Assembly: GCA_051294905.1 (NCBI GenBank)
Contig: CM119372.1
Span: forward strand, 8,372,001-8,436,000
DNA from: Botryllus schlosseri
Lineage: Eukaryota
Reading direction: 5' to 3'
Length of the DNA stretch: 64,000 nucleotides
Part shown: positions 50,501 to 62,710 of the stretch, one piece after another
Layout: every line of letters starts with the position of its first letter
Position numbering within the stretch: position 1 is the first letter of the stretch
Notes under the pieces: model-generated
The model's database searches: none
The model's input: only the letters and a program-made list of their open reading frames with translations
Told to the model about the DNA's origin: nothing
Made by a program: the position numbers and the translations under genes

Positions 50501-53500
50501 ATTTCGAGTGAGTGAAAATTGTTTTCTGTTGGCCAGGTAGGACTCATTTGACAAACATCGTACACATTGTATCTTCGTGATGGTAACGACTTTCAGCGGC
50601 TTGGTTTCATGTCAGGAATTATTATTTGAGGGTTCAAGAACAATTTCAATCAATACTACAAATGAACAACAATGCAAAACACGTTTAGCAAATAACAGTG
50701 TAGCAAGTACTTTTTTGATATTACGATTGTTGTGCACCAGACATTTCTAACTGAATTGGATGCATCTAACAAACATATCACAATTTACTTTTGTAATGAT
50801 CAAAGTATGTGAAATGGTGCGAACGGATTAGGTATTATTCAAGCGGCGGTATGCCAATTCACCTAGTGTGATATCTTGACATCGTGTAATGCGCGAAAGT
50901 GTTTCAATTCTCACCGCGGAATATGATGATAAAGTATTGTACCGGTTGTTTATCAGCAAACTAAATTGTTGTTTCATCTTTAGTCTTGGGTACTGGAAAC
51001 AATTACATTTGTAAAATATTTGCTGATATCCGCAATACGCAGAGTGATTTGTACCAACACGGAATATCTTCCAAATCAAGAACATTTCAGACAAGTATAG
51101 TTTTACAAATCAATATGTTAATAACAATGTTTCCGAAAAGTTTGTTGCTGTCATAACTTTCAACACAACGCGGGTCTAATTAACGCGAATAATTTAATAA
51201 TCAAGTCGTGATCAACTATTACATACGTCAAATCAATGTGTCAATCCTTATGTTTACATCATGATAATTTTCAATATAACACCTGCGTTCGATTGTAAGA
51301 AATGAATTCTCAACATGTTGGGCAGACTTTCAAATCTCGCATACTCAAACATATTATGTTAATCTCAAGTCGCCGGCACCGAGAAGTAATTACTTTTATC
51401 TTACAAAATATACCGCATAGTAATTTCTTTGTCTCGCAGAATAGTAACGACTTTTACAGTTGAACAAAAAAGACGAGTTGACGGTATATGCCTAAAACCG
51501 AACTTGCTATGGATTTTAGATTGTGGCGATTGTATGGACTCGTGTATGCTTGACTGTTTTCATACTGATACTGTTTGAGTTGATTGGGTGAGTTACAAAC
51601 GATTTACTTGACTAGGTTTTTCCTTGGTGGCTTTTTGGAGTATGGTAAGATGGTAAGATGTCGAGACGTAATACTATTTCCGTTAACTCAATTGCAACGA
51701 AAAAATAACCAGATAGCTTGTACAAGGTTTCGACAAATAGATGGAAATATTCCGATTTAACTCATCGTGTCGCAACTCGATCGCGGTATGTACAAGTGGT
51801 TGTCAAGTAAGAAATATTTACAACAGGTGCTATTTCATTGATTGATTGTATTGTGTGTGGTAACACATTTGAATATCATGATAGTATAGTGAAATTATTT
51901 ACTGAAACTCTATTTGACAAACGGAAAACTCAGTCGTGAATAGAGTTGTATGGTCATTACTTGTTTCAAATCAACATGCGCATAATCTCTAAATATGTAT
52001 GGGTTGAAAGTTGGTAGTCATGTTTGTCAATCTATTGCAATTCAGACTATGTCAAAGTCCAAATATTTCATTTTGGGTGATCTCAATTTACCTTTAGTAC
52101 ATCTCGCGAGTGGATTCCGACGCCGTACTATAACATTCTTAATAATACAGGTTCGAGGATTTTCATGATAGAGTTGACAAGTGATAAGATGCGTGTTTGT
52201 ATCAAGAGTTTGATTTGAAGTTGACAACGACAATAACTGTATAATGCACATACTTGTGATTCTTGATTCTTGTAGAGTTATAGTTGGTATTGATTCTATA
52301 GGCGTGAAAACAGCGGCGCGAATGTGTGAATAATTCAATGTGACTGAAAGTCGGCGTCAGTAATATTCAGGTTACGATCGAATCAAAAGATCACGTTAAA
52401 AAGATTTCTCAAATTAATTAGAATTGTACCGGATTAACACATTCAGATACGAATCAACTTGAGCTGTGTAGTAAGTTTCATTTCAAGTTGTCAAATTGAT
52501 ACATTGCTTGAATATTCGCATGATTCTTGTCATACAACTAAAGTGAACGTGAAACATATAGCGATCGCGAAAAGTATCAAATCTTGGATATTCAAGTCAC
52601 CGTCTGCGACGGTTCTGTTATTCGGTGCTTATTACTTAATAGGTAATATTCATATTATATCAGACTCGTGAAATCCAGTTCTGCACCAAACTACCAACAT
52701 ATTACATTGTAGCGATTGCAATGTATGTAACCACAAGTCACGAGAGATGGTTATGTCTTATAGGTGTTATCTTGTGAGCGATCGTAGGATTTTAGAATTA
52801 TTTCGCACCTTTTTGAATAAGCGTACACTTCACAAAGGATTAGGGTTAGAGTAGAAATAAGTGACAATTTGTCGCTATTCAAGTTACCGACACTGGGGGT
52901 CTGTTATTCGTTACTTATTAAATCTTTACGAGTTCTGTGACAAACTGCTTACGAAAATTTCACCGCGTGAGCGATCGATATGCCTGTAACATCAAGTCGC
53001 GTATGTCTGAGACATTATCTTGTCAGCGATCGCCTGGTTTGCAAACTATTTCACACCTATTTGGAGTGTTAATATGTGAACGCGGCTATTGTTGGTATTG
53101 GAAGCGCCGGTTATGTGACAAACTTATTACCAAAATATTACTTGTGCGTGATCCCTATCTTTGTAACATCAAACCACGAGAGATGACTATTCTGATGTGC
53201 TATCTTGTGAGTGGTCGTAGGAAATATTTCACACCTTTTTGGAGTGTTAGTATGTGAACGCGGCTATTGTTGGTATTCGAATCGTCGTCGTCTACACCGG
53301 CTCTGTGGTAAACTAAATAGCAAAACATTACCATGCGACTGATTCGAAAATTGCGCTATCGCGGTGAAGTCACGACTGTCAACAGCAGACTATTCTGTAG
53401 GTGCGAAACAGCGGTATACAAGGTGCGAATAATCCGATCTGAAAGTACTATTCAGCTAGCGATCAATAGCGAGGAAAGACTTAGAACACGATCGGTCATT

Positions 53501-54103
53501 TGTCACGACTGAGCTACATCATATATAATAATTTACGATATACACATTAACAAAGGTACATTCACATGACTATTTATCTGATACATATTCAACACCGTGC
53601 GACAGATGGCTATACACGAAAGGGCGATTCACGGCCGCACCCATAAGAACACATGGCGAGTCACCACCACCGCCTATACGCGAAATACGACATGCGAAAG
53701 TACGACGTGCGACAGATGCCTATACCTAAAAGTACGATGTGCCAACACGAGTTTTCAATACGATATGCGACAGATGCGTATACCTGAAAGTACGATATGC
53801 GAGCGCACCCATAAGAACGCATTACGATGTGCGACCGAGAGGGGGGGGGGTCCAAAAGTACGATGTGCCACCACGAGTTTTCCATACGATGTGCGACCGC
53901 ACCCATAAGAGATAAGGGTCACCGTGCCACCGCAGCCTATACCCGAAAAGGTAACCATGCCACCACAACCATAAGACACAATGGCACCGTGCCGCCGCAG
54001 CCATAAGACATAAGGGTCACCGTGCCACCACGAGTTTTCGCGGCACCGTGCCACCGCGCCCATAAGAGCCCCTGCCACCTCACGACCGATCTATATAACT
54101 ACT
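47552..54103 (-). repeat. Right inverted arm of element B
   Basis: Reverse complement of 40056-46606. Confidence 0.95.
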
Positions 54104-54310
54104 TATTATATTAAAGAAATACAAATACAACAATAAATCATTATAATTATCACCAATTACATTTTATATGGAACTCCAAGCTGCGCAGTGCGCACGATAC
54201 CTGGAAACGCTCTTCAGCGACTAAGGAATCAATATTGGGGCTAGCGAGATACGTTACTAGCTGAAAGACCATCTCTACGTTTAGCTTGATCGTGTGGGGA
54301 AGCCATAAGC

Positions 54311-54621
54311 CAGTGGTTCTCAAACTTTTTTAGACGCGCCCCCTTTATGATACTGAAAAATTTCGCACCCCCTTATCGTCACTTCACAAAATGAAACCAG
54401 AATGCTAGCAATCCCAACGGATCGTTTGATGGCATGGAAGGTTATGACTGTTGATTAGAGAATTCTATAATATGAATTCCGGACTATACACAAAATTTGA
54501 ATCTGATATAAATCGCGCGGAGCGCAAACGAATTTTCAGTTGACCGCAGCTCCGTGCCCCCTTCGGATGCTGCTGTCACGCCCCCACAAGAGCGGCGCTC
54601 CCCCCAGTTTGAGAACCACTG
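54311..54621. mobile_element. hAT (Charlie/Buster-type) MITE
   Basis: Perfect TIR CAGTGGTTCTCAAACT / AGTTTGAGAACCACTG. The TSD is degenerate. Confidence 0.75.
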
Positions 54622-55302
54622 CCCTATCCCGTTTTCTAATTGTCTCGGTCTTGGCAGTGTTTGGGCCATTGTACGTTAAGGCAATATGCCCAGCCCATTC
54701 ATATCAGCTGATTATTCTCTCTCGATAGAATGCTCTTGCCATCGCGAAAGCCAAAGCTATAGTGACGAATAGTGATGTCGGGCACAAGAGAATAGCTTAT
54801 TTTGAAACAGCAACAACGATATGTTGAAACTGTAGTCAATTTCAGCATTTCAAGATGTCTTTCTTAGCTTTCTTCCGAAATCTCAAATCAAGTCGCGGGC
54901 CGCAAATATGACCTCGCGGGCCGCGTGTTGGTGACCCCTGGCCTTCATAGATATATACGCGTACTGATAAGTGCTTCGCGTAGAAAAACACTGTAGCAGT
55001 CTATGGCTACGACAACGAGAGATAGTGTCGTTTATGTGAAGCGTGCTTGTGAACAATAGATCAGGCTTCACATTAGATACCCCTATCCGATTGGGCGAAA
55101 GCCTACAATGAGCGTATCTCAATACATTTGTGTTAAGTAAACTATGTATTGAGACTTAACCAACCTTGGCATATCAGGACGCAAAGTTAAGTAGGCTATT
55201 GGTACAGCTATAGCTGTATACGTTATTATGTCAGGCACAGTCTAATGAAGTAGAGTAGACTGTACTTGAGTATTGTTATTCTTTCCAAACGTTACCAGAA
55301 AC

Positions 55303-58300
55303 ATGTCAGATCATATCAAAATAAGAAGTATATATACAGAAATTCGACTTTACGATGATAGTTTTCTGGAGCTCATTCGACAAAGCAATGAACTGCTTCG
55401 AGATAAAGGAAGATGGGCTCTCCATAGGGACATGGGAGTATCAGAAAATGTTATCGATGCTTTAGAGGCAATCAGGTCATTTCCGTACTTTGACTGCACT
55501 GACGGTGACGAGAATGACGACGAAGGAAAAGAAGAAGCTGAGCTGAAAAATAGCCCTATTACTTCAACCGAATTTTCAGTAGAGGAGTCAGACTACAGCA
55601 AACGCACTAGCTCAAACCACGAACCATTCGTAACGGTCAGCCAAGAGATTCGACAGTTCTGCGATGCATTCGGAATAGAGATGCAATTTAATCTTACTAA
55701 ATCGGCCAAATGCATGCTGAAATTGAGTACTTTGTACACCGGTATGGCGATAAATGAAAATGGATCTAAAATGGATCAGAAGTTGAATTTCATTCGTGCA
55801 GCAGTTCTACAAAATGCTGCAGTGATTAGATATGGTCTCAGTGGACGAGAAGAGGATTTGAATTCCTCGATCCAACAATTACAGGATCTCCATCAGAAGA
55901 TGCTCAGAGTCAGTGCTTCTATACATGATGGAGATTTTGTGGAATTCTCACAGACAATTAAAGAAAAACTGAAGGAACTTCGTATGAATGAAAAGGGAAG
56001 TTTAAATAACGTGAAAAGAATTAGACTTCACGACGAACATGCCAAGGATAGGAAGGAAAATGAAAAGGCAGCGATTTCCGAAATCAGACTACTAACAACC
56101 AATAACGCGAGTGATTATATGAAACTGATGGTGGAAGTTATGAACAAATGTCTCCAAGTAATTGGGGATCCCCCGTGCGAATTCGCGGTTGTCGGTCTCG
56201 GATCTCTGGCCCGCAAAGAAATCACACTATCCTCTGATTTCGAACACGTCATCATCCTGGATAATGGTGCTCCTGACACAGAAGAAGTTCGCGAGTACTT
56301 TAGATGGATGACGGTCATTTTCCACGTCATAATCATCGGTATCGGCGAAACGATCGTTCCCAGTGTCGATATAAAAGGACTCTGCGATCACTACTCGATT
56401 GACGATGAAAGTAACTGGTTCAGAGATGAATACACCCCTTGTGGGTTGTCATTTGATGGCATGATGCCGCATGCATGTAAATGTCCACTTGGACGACAAA
56501 TCCCGACTACGAATCGGGGTAACATCGTCGAATTGATTCAGACCGCGCACAAGATGGCAGACTATCTAACGAATGATGAACAATTAAAGAACGGTTATAT
56601 GCTGAATGATGTCCTCGGCACTTCATGTTTCGTGTTTGGAAACAAAGAAGTTTACGACAGTTTTCGTGTTCGATGTTTGGAAATTCAACAATCTCTTACC
56701 GCAGAGGAAATATTTGAAGACAAAAGAGATATGCTCAAACAAGCTGCGATAGCGAGGTATTCAAATCGACTTTTAAACTCACGCCATTTAGATGTTAAGA
56801 AATTGATTTATCGCCCAATCACAGTACTGCTGCATTACCTCGCGGCGTATTCTGGAATACGCTCTGAAAACAGTTTTGATATTCTCGATGAGTTGAATGA
56901 AAGAAATATTATCAGCGACGAGTCGCATCACACATTATGCCACGCTTTAGGAATCGCATTGGAAATCCGAATCCGTTGCTACCAAACGAGGCATCGACAA
57001 AGGAATATTGTAGCGGATAAAGAGCTGGCAAATTTAGTGGGAGAAAAGTATGTCGGTGATTGTGAAACGGCAATCACACTCCTCATGGCAACAGTACAAA
57101 ATCTGACCTATCGTCGCTTCATATTGCAGACGGAATGTGATCATATTTTCATCCCATCTAGAGAAAGCGACATTTGGCACCTGCTTTTGACAGAGGCACT
57201 GTTCCGCTATCAACAGATCGACGCAGATTTCATCCAAAACATACTGGTCTTGGTGAAAGTATTGATTGAACAATATAAAAAAGGAGAAATAACACTTGGC
57301 CGGACACATCAATACATGCAAATACATATCGAGAGATTGAGATTGGGGCTATACCAACACCTTGGTTACAACAGAGGAGGTAATATATCATCCAATGATC
57401 TTATAGATATATACGAATGGTCTTGTGAGATCGATTCCGGTCTTGCATTCGACATAACGCAGAGGCTTCAGGCTGTCTACAACCAAGCGTCTGTTCTGTA
57501 CAACGGCGGTGATTTCAAGGAAGCCGACAGATGTCTCGAAATGTGCCTCGTTATTTGTACGGATGACTGCATGGCAATCAGTGACGATACGATCGACAAT
57601 GTATCTCAATTGGAAATGGCTCTGAAACGAGAATTGCTGGATAAAGAAGAATCGCTCGAATACTTCAGCAGTGCTTGTGAACGACAAAGCAACACACTGT
57701 ACGGGAAATACCTGTATAAGTGTGAAATCGGGAGATCTCTCATTCAAATTGACGAATCAAAAGGCTATGAATACTTGCGGGACATATTCGATGAATTGAA
57801 ACTCAATTCCAAATTGTTTCAGCCGAACAGGTACACTCGTCTTATGCGCCAACTCGGTGCAGTATTCATGGAATTTGGCTATCCATTGGATGACGTTGAC
57901 GTCTACACGCAATTAGTTACCACGAGCGAGTTGAAAATCCCAGGAACCAAGGTGAATCAATTTGATCAAGGCTATCGATTGAATGAGTCACAACACTACA
58001 AGTACATCTTTGGAATGCGGCATAGCATTGGGAGACATGCTAATTTCACGTTCAACAGCGCTTACTACGAACTGCCTTTGGTGACATACATGCAGCGAGT
58101 TAGTTTTTTTCACGCTCTGAAGGTATTTTCATCTGTCACTTATGACGATATGATCACCCTGATCAAATTTGTTATGAACGATCCCTTGGGTTCATCAATG
58201 CCAGTACTCCTCGGTTACGAATTCATTACTACAGCAACAGCGCTGATGGCTTTGTGCGAAAATGTGAAAATCCGCGACATTGCTATATTTGAAGATTTGC

Positions 58301-58968
58301 TCCGATCTACATCGATCGGATGCAGGAAAATCAAAATTCTTCAGCCATTTCTCTACGCGTCCCTGAAAGATGTTGCCATGTACAGTGATTCCATGATTCC
58401 TATTATTTCCATGCAAAATGACTTATTCAAGATTATATTTGAAATCCCAGTTGGCTCACAAAGTCACCCGTACACACTGGCGGCCTCGAAGTTCTTGAAT
58501 TTCGATTTTCTCAAAAGCGCAAAGTTTATCTGGAAAATTCTCCATTCACCTTACACGTACAGTCATGATTCAATCATATTGGAATATTTCTTGACTAATG
58601 TGTTGACCTTAATGATCTCTAGAAAGAGAGAGTGTCCTCTCGTGCATTTATCAAAGTGTCGTGAAATATCTCTGAAACAATCGCTATATTATCAAATTTG
58701 CGTAACTCAAGGTCAGGATTTTGTTGACGATTACTTGTTACTGTCATACTACTATATCGGTGATACTACCCACTATGCTCTGTGTTATAACCTAGCTGTT
58801 GATTTCTTGGTTTTTGACCAGCGGTCCTGCTGCGCATTAGTTTGGAAACTTTTACATTCAGAGCAACTGTGTCCTACATTGTACCAGATGTCAGTATCAT
58901 TGCTTCTCGAATCAGTTGACAGAGAGTGCGAACTTATTTTTGAATATCCTCTGCTTTCAAGATATTAG
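55303..58968 (+). CDS. Intronless 1221-aa DUF294/GlnD-like nucleotidyltransferase plus TPR-like protein (paralogue 2)
   Basis: Collinear with 11327-14968 and has the same GSLARKEITLSSDFEH motif. ATG 55303 (MSDH) aligns with the paralogue start. Confidence 0.85.
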   Translation: MSDHIKIRSIYTEIRLYDDSFLELIRQSNELLRDKGRWALHRDMGVSENVIDALEAIRSFPYFDCTDGDENDDEGKEEAELKNSPITSTEFSVEESDYSKRTSSNHEPFVTVSQEIRQFCDAFGIEMQFNLTKSAKCMLKLSTLYTGMAINENGSKMDQKLNFIRAAVLQNAAVIRYGLSGREEDLNSSIQQLQDLHQKMLRVSASIHDGDFVEFSQTIKEKLKELRMNEKGSLNNVKRIRLHDEHAKDRKENEKAAISEIRLLTTNNASDYMKLMVEVMNKCLQVIGDPPCEFAVVGLGSLARKEITLSSDFEHVIILDNGAPDTEEVREYFRWMTVIFHVIIIGIGETIVPSVDIKGLCDHYSIDDESNWFRDEYTPCGLSFDGMMPHACKCPLGRQIPTTNRGNIVELIQTAHKMADYLTNDEQLKNGYMLNDVLGTSCFVFGNKEVYDSFRVRCLEIQQSLTAEEIFEDKRDMLKQAAIARYSNRLLNSRHLDVKKLIYRPITVLLHYLAAYSGIRSENSFDILDELNERNIISDESHHTLCHALGIALEIRIRCYQTRHRQRNIVADKELANLVGEKYVGDCETAITLLMATVQNLTYRRFILQTECDHIFIPSRESDIWHLLLTEALFRYQQIDADFIQNILVLVKVLIEQYKKGEITLGRTHQYMQIHIERLRLGLYQHLGYNRGGNISSNDLIDIYEWSCEIDSGLAFDITQRLQAVYNQASVLYNGGDFKEADRCLEMCLVICTDDCMAISDDTIDNVSQLEMALKRELLDKEESLEYFSSACERQSNTLYGKYLYKCEIGRSLIQIDESKGYEYLRDIFDELKLNSKLFQPNRYTRLMRQLGAVFMEFGYPLDDVDVYTQLVTTSELKIPGTKVNQFDQGYRLNESQHYKYIFGMRHSIGRHANFTFNSAYYELPLVTYMQRVSFFHALKVFSSVTYDDMITLIKFVMNDPLGSSMPVLLGYEFITTATALMALCENVKIRDIAIFEDLLRSTSIGCRKIKILQPFLYASLKDVAMYSDSMIPIISMQNDLFKIIFEIPVGSQSHPYTLAASKFLNFDFLKSAKFIWKILHSPYTYSHDSIILEYFLTNVLTLMISRKRECPLVHLSKCREISLKQSLYYQICVTQGQDFVDDYLLLSYYYIGDTTHYALCYNLAVDFLVFDQRSCCALVWKLLHSEQLCPTLYQMSVSLLLESVDRECELIFEYPLLSRY

Positions 58969-59086
58969 TGATTACGATATAAGAGTATATTTGCGTGTTG
59001 TAGAAACCCGTCACTAATATAGTCGCCTATACCTGTTATCTATTTTTCAAAATAATCAATTTTCTTGAATAATGTGGTCGAATATG

Positions 59087-59522
59087 TAGGGTTGCATTTA
59101 AAACAAATGGTTGTTTAAAAAACAGTGTTCTAAACAGGGGCCTTTTTAAAAAAATGTGTTTTTTTTTCGAGTGTATAAAGTTATGCTATATTTGTGTAAA
59201 TGCTTTCCAAAAAACATGTTGTATGACCCTACGGATAATTACCAGTCGATATAGCCGACGTACAGGATATGGGATGGTTAAAACCCTCCAAATAGTCCGT
59301 TCAACAGCTAATCAGCTATAGTACGTAGATATTTGTCAAAGGAGCTATATTTACCCTGCATTTTCAATTGTCAATGTCAATCCACTATGGCGTCACAATT
59401 GAATATTCGTGACGTCATGGCTTTTAAAAAACAAAATAAACAATAAAAAAACACGTTTTAAACAAGGGCCTCGTTTTAAACATGTTTGTTGTAAATTGAT
59501 TTTTGTTTTAAATGCAACACTA
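59087..59522. mobile_element. hAT-like MITE, family 1 (copy 3, inverted)
   Basis: Termini TAGGGTTGCATTTAAAAC / GTTTTAAATGCAACACTA. 8-bp TSD CGAATATG / CGAATAAG. Confidence 0.8.
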
Positions 59523-62500
59523 CGAATAAGTTGTCGCGAATGATCTTGCTTTAGAAGATTGTCATCATGCTGGGACTAGGGTAAATTTAAAACATTTTTT
59601 TCATATCGATGTGACTATGGTTAGCAATTGTTCATATACGTATATACAACAATACAAAAATGCGTTAGTTAGTATCAGATATAGTAGGAAATAACACATA
59701 AACCGTTCTCATAACGTCCCCGTGCGTGCCTTCAATATGCACGATTTCTACATACATTACGAACGTCAGCTGGTCCACGCAGACGCAAGTCACGATCGAG
59801 GCACAACCATCATTTCCCCGAATCCACGGACTCCGACCGCAAAACTGTGGTATTAGCTCGCCAGGAACAGCATCACCAAATATGCTGCTTTTAGATTGCT
59901 CAGCAAGAAGAATAATTCGTTGAACCGACAGCAGGATAGGCCAACCTGCGGCCATACAAGGAAATTGGTGCAGCCGTACGTGTAATTCAATTAGTACGTT
60001 TCGGCGGCTGTCGACATGCAAGTTTAATTTACGAATTGACTCCCGAATTTATTAGAGATTTAAATTAAGCTTGTAATTTTCTTCGCGCTGGGCGCGATTC
60101 AATGCTAATTTATTTTTCGATTTTATCATGGTAGCGCCCTTTGTAACCAGAGCCCCACAGCGCAAATGCGAACAGCGGCGGAAAATGACGCGTCCCATAT
60201 AGAAATACCAACTCGGAATTGTGTGCTCCTTACGAAATAAATTTGTTTCTGGTACGTTTCATGGGCGGTTCCAATATCTCTCCACTATAACGATAATACG
60301 GATTGGAGGTCAAGGATTATCAGCATGAATCAAAGTGACTAATACCAATTGGCTCACCCAAAGATGCATCATCATATCTAACTTTCTCTAAATTTTCGAA
60401 AACACCTCCTCCATCAACTCTACTGGCGAATCTGATCTGCGATGAGAAAGTATATCAATGTTTAATAGTAATATGTGAAACTACTATGACGAGATTCATT
60501 CGTGAACCTGAAAATATTTTCGCGCTTTGCGCGACCATGACCAGTCTCATATGTCCAGTCGAGATTCCTTTGCGTATATGGTAAGTCGAAACGAATAAGT
60601 AGATTAGTCCGGAATTCACAGGAAATGGACATTGGACATGGACAGTTTAACATGGATATTTGGCGTCCAGCTAGCTCATTGCGACCATGCCCTGGAATGA
60701 GGGTATACATGAGTTATCGAAATGCGGCCGTGGCCACTCTTGACCAACAGCAATAAGAGACGGAAATTGAAAACAGTTGATTTTGACATATTTACTGGGG
60801 GGGGGGGGCGAGCTCGAAGGGGGCCCCAAATTATTTCGTGAATTAGCATAAATTATAGAGTGTTTTTTGAAAATTTATGCAATTTTTTCCAAAATTTTTC
60901 GCGCTGGGCGCGATTTAAAGTTGCCAAATATCTTGATTATTTGGTACTCTTCCCCCAAGAAAAAACACGCAAGATTTATAGAAATGGACATATCGGCGTT
61001 GGCCATTAACACGCCACTACGCAGCAAGATATATAACGATTTAGGACTTATTACATACGACTCCAAGAAGTGTGCCAGAACGATCGGCAGCTCGGAAGCT
61101 TGGCCGAAACGGACTGCCCCTCCGAAGACCGAAAACTTCGTTATATATACAAAATAATAGGTTTAATTGTCCATAGGCGCCTAAATGACTGGCGCCATAT
61201 GTTCCTGTCTTGGCAATCTGAACCTCAGAAGACAAATACCATCCAGCAGGAAAAAAATATATGCCAGTGAAGAAATACCAATTTGAAATCGTGTGCGTCT
61301 TTTAGTTTAGTACGTTTGAGCGATTCTATATTTTTGATATAGCAGACAGGAGGTCACGAAATAAAATCATGTAACGAAGTCATACCAACGGGTCCGCCCG
61401 CCCGAAGATGTTTAATTATTATTTACAGGCCCTACAGTTTCCGGTAAATCTGATAACGTGAGCAGAGAGGACAAGATATTGATAGCAATATATATATCTA
61501 TGCAATTCCCGATCTTATTGGCCGATTGTATCATGAATTATCGAAAATTTTCGCGCTTCCGAGCTGGCTCACTAAACAGTGCAGCTAATTTCGTGGAAAA
61601 AGCGAACACTGTGATGAGGGGTCGGTTTATCACCCTATGAGAACCCCAAACCCAAGTTTTTGTGGGGGGCGGGGCTGACGAAGTGCTGTTTCGTTCCTGC
61701 CAACGGGTATACGCTCGAAGATGTCTAATTATTATTGGGTGGTCCTACGTTTTAAAACAGACCTCGCTCAGCTCTACCGGTAACTCTGATTACGTGAGCA
61801 GAGAGAGAGGATAAAATTAATGGCAATATATATGTAATTCCCGATCATATTGCCCGATTACATTCTTGAATTACTGAAATTTTTCGCGCTTCGCGCGTCT
61901 AGGCGGGAAAAGCTGTCTCACCAAACGGACACCCAATGCAGATGTCAAATCTCGTCAAAAAGCGGATAGCCAAAGGGGGGTCTGGGGGGCAAGGCCCCCC
62001 ATAAGTTAGGTTTATCACCCCATGGGGGGCCCAGGGCCAACGTTTTGGGGGGGGCTGACGAAGTGCTGTTACGGCCCTGGATCCCTGCTCTGTAGTTTAA
62101 CTATAGATTACTAACCTACGGAGCCTGCCATATTTTAATTTATATTTTCGGAATCAGTGAGACGGTAGCTTTCGATCAAAACCAGATTCAGTAAATTCTG
62201 CGCTCTGGAAGATAACTGTTGATTTGCCACAAATCCTACAGTCGCTGCCGCAAAAGAATTATGAGAATGGCCTCAGCGAAGCGGAACGAAGTTGCAAAAG
62301 CGGTCATTGCCATTCCATGTTTACATTCGAGATTCGATACTCTGTAAGGATTTCGATACTTTGCAGGGATATCAAATGGATATGCCGAGTTGCCGACTCG
62401 ACAGTGATATTACAGAATGAAAATGTTTACATTCTATAGTAATATGATCCTCATTTCATTTCCTGGTTCCTGCTGATGGAGCATTACTGAGACTGACATT

Positions 62501-62710
62501 TAGGCCTACACAGTAGACTTCTGCTTAGCAAACTTAGGTACCGCGTTATCGATTACTATACATGCGGAACTGGGGTGCATGATGCCTGTCAGCTGACACG
62601 GCTGTCGCCCTGTCGGCTGTCAGTATTTGCACCAGACAATCAGTACTGTTCAGATGCATTGCAGACATATTTAATTGATTCATTTGGTATTTGGCACAGT
62701 GCTGTGTCAT

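Larger units (their letters stand above)
40056..54103. mobile_element. Element B: non-autonomous Maverick/Polinton-like giant palindrome (14,048 bp)
   Basis: Termini AGTAGTTATATAGATCGG... / ...CCGATCTATATAACTACT. Perfect 6-bp TSD TATTAT at 40050-40055 and 54104-54109. Arms 40056-46606 and 47552-54103 flank a 945-bp spacer. No credible long ORF. Confidence 0.85.

Noticed and set aside
40081..54078. Short ORF-track entries inside A and B as real genes
   Set aside because: All are under ~140 aa, are mostly repeat-derived and mirrored by the palindrome, and show no recognisable Maverick core motif.
16559..54103. Giant inverted repeats as assembly or chimeric-read fold-back artefacts
   Set aside because: Each has defined AGTAGT/ACTACT ends, a perfect 6-bp TSD, a unique spacer and a few arm differences, which artefacts would not produce. 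Read-level confirmation is still desirable.
55273..55302. TTG start giving a 1231-aa protein
   Set aside because: The extension is a pyrimidine tract/acceptor-like sequence, and the paralogue alignment supports ATG 55303.
11327..58968. NTase genes as cargo of the Maverick-like elements
   Set aside because: Both ORFs lie outside the TSD-defined boundaries (1.6 kb left of A, 1.2 kb right of B). A functional link is not supported by the sequence.
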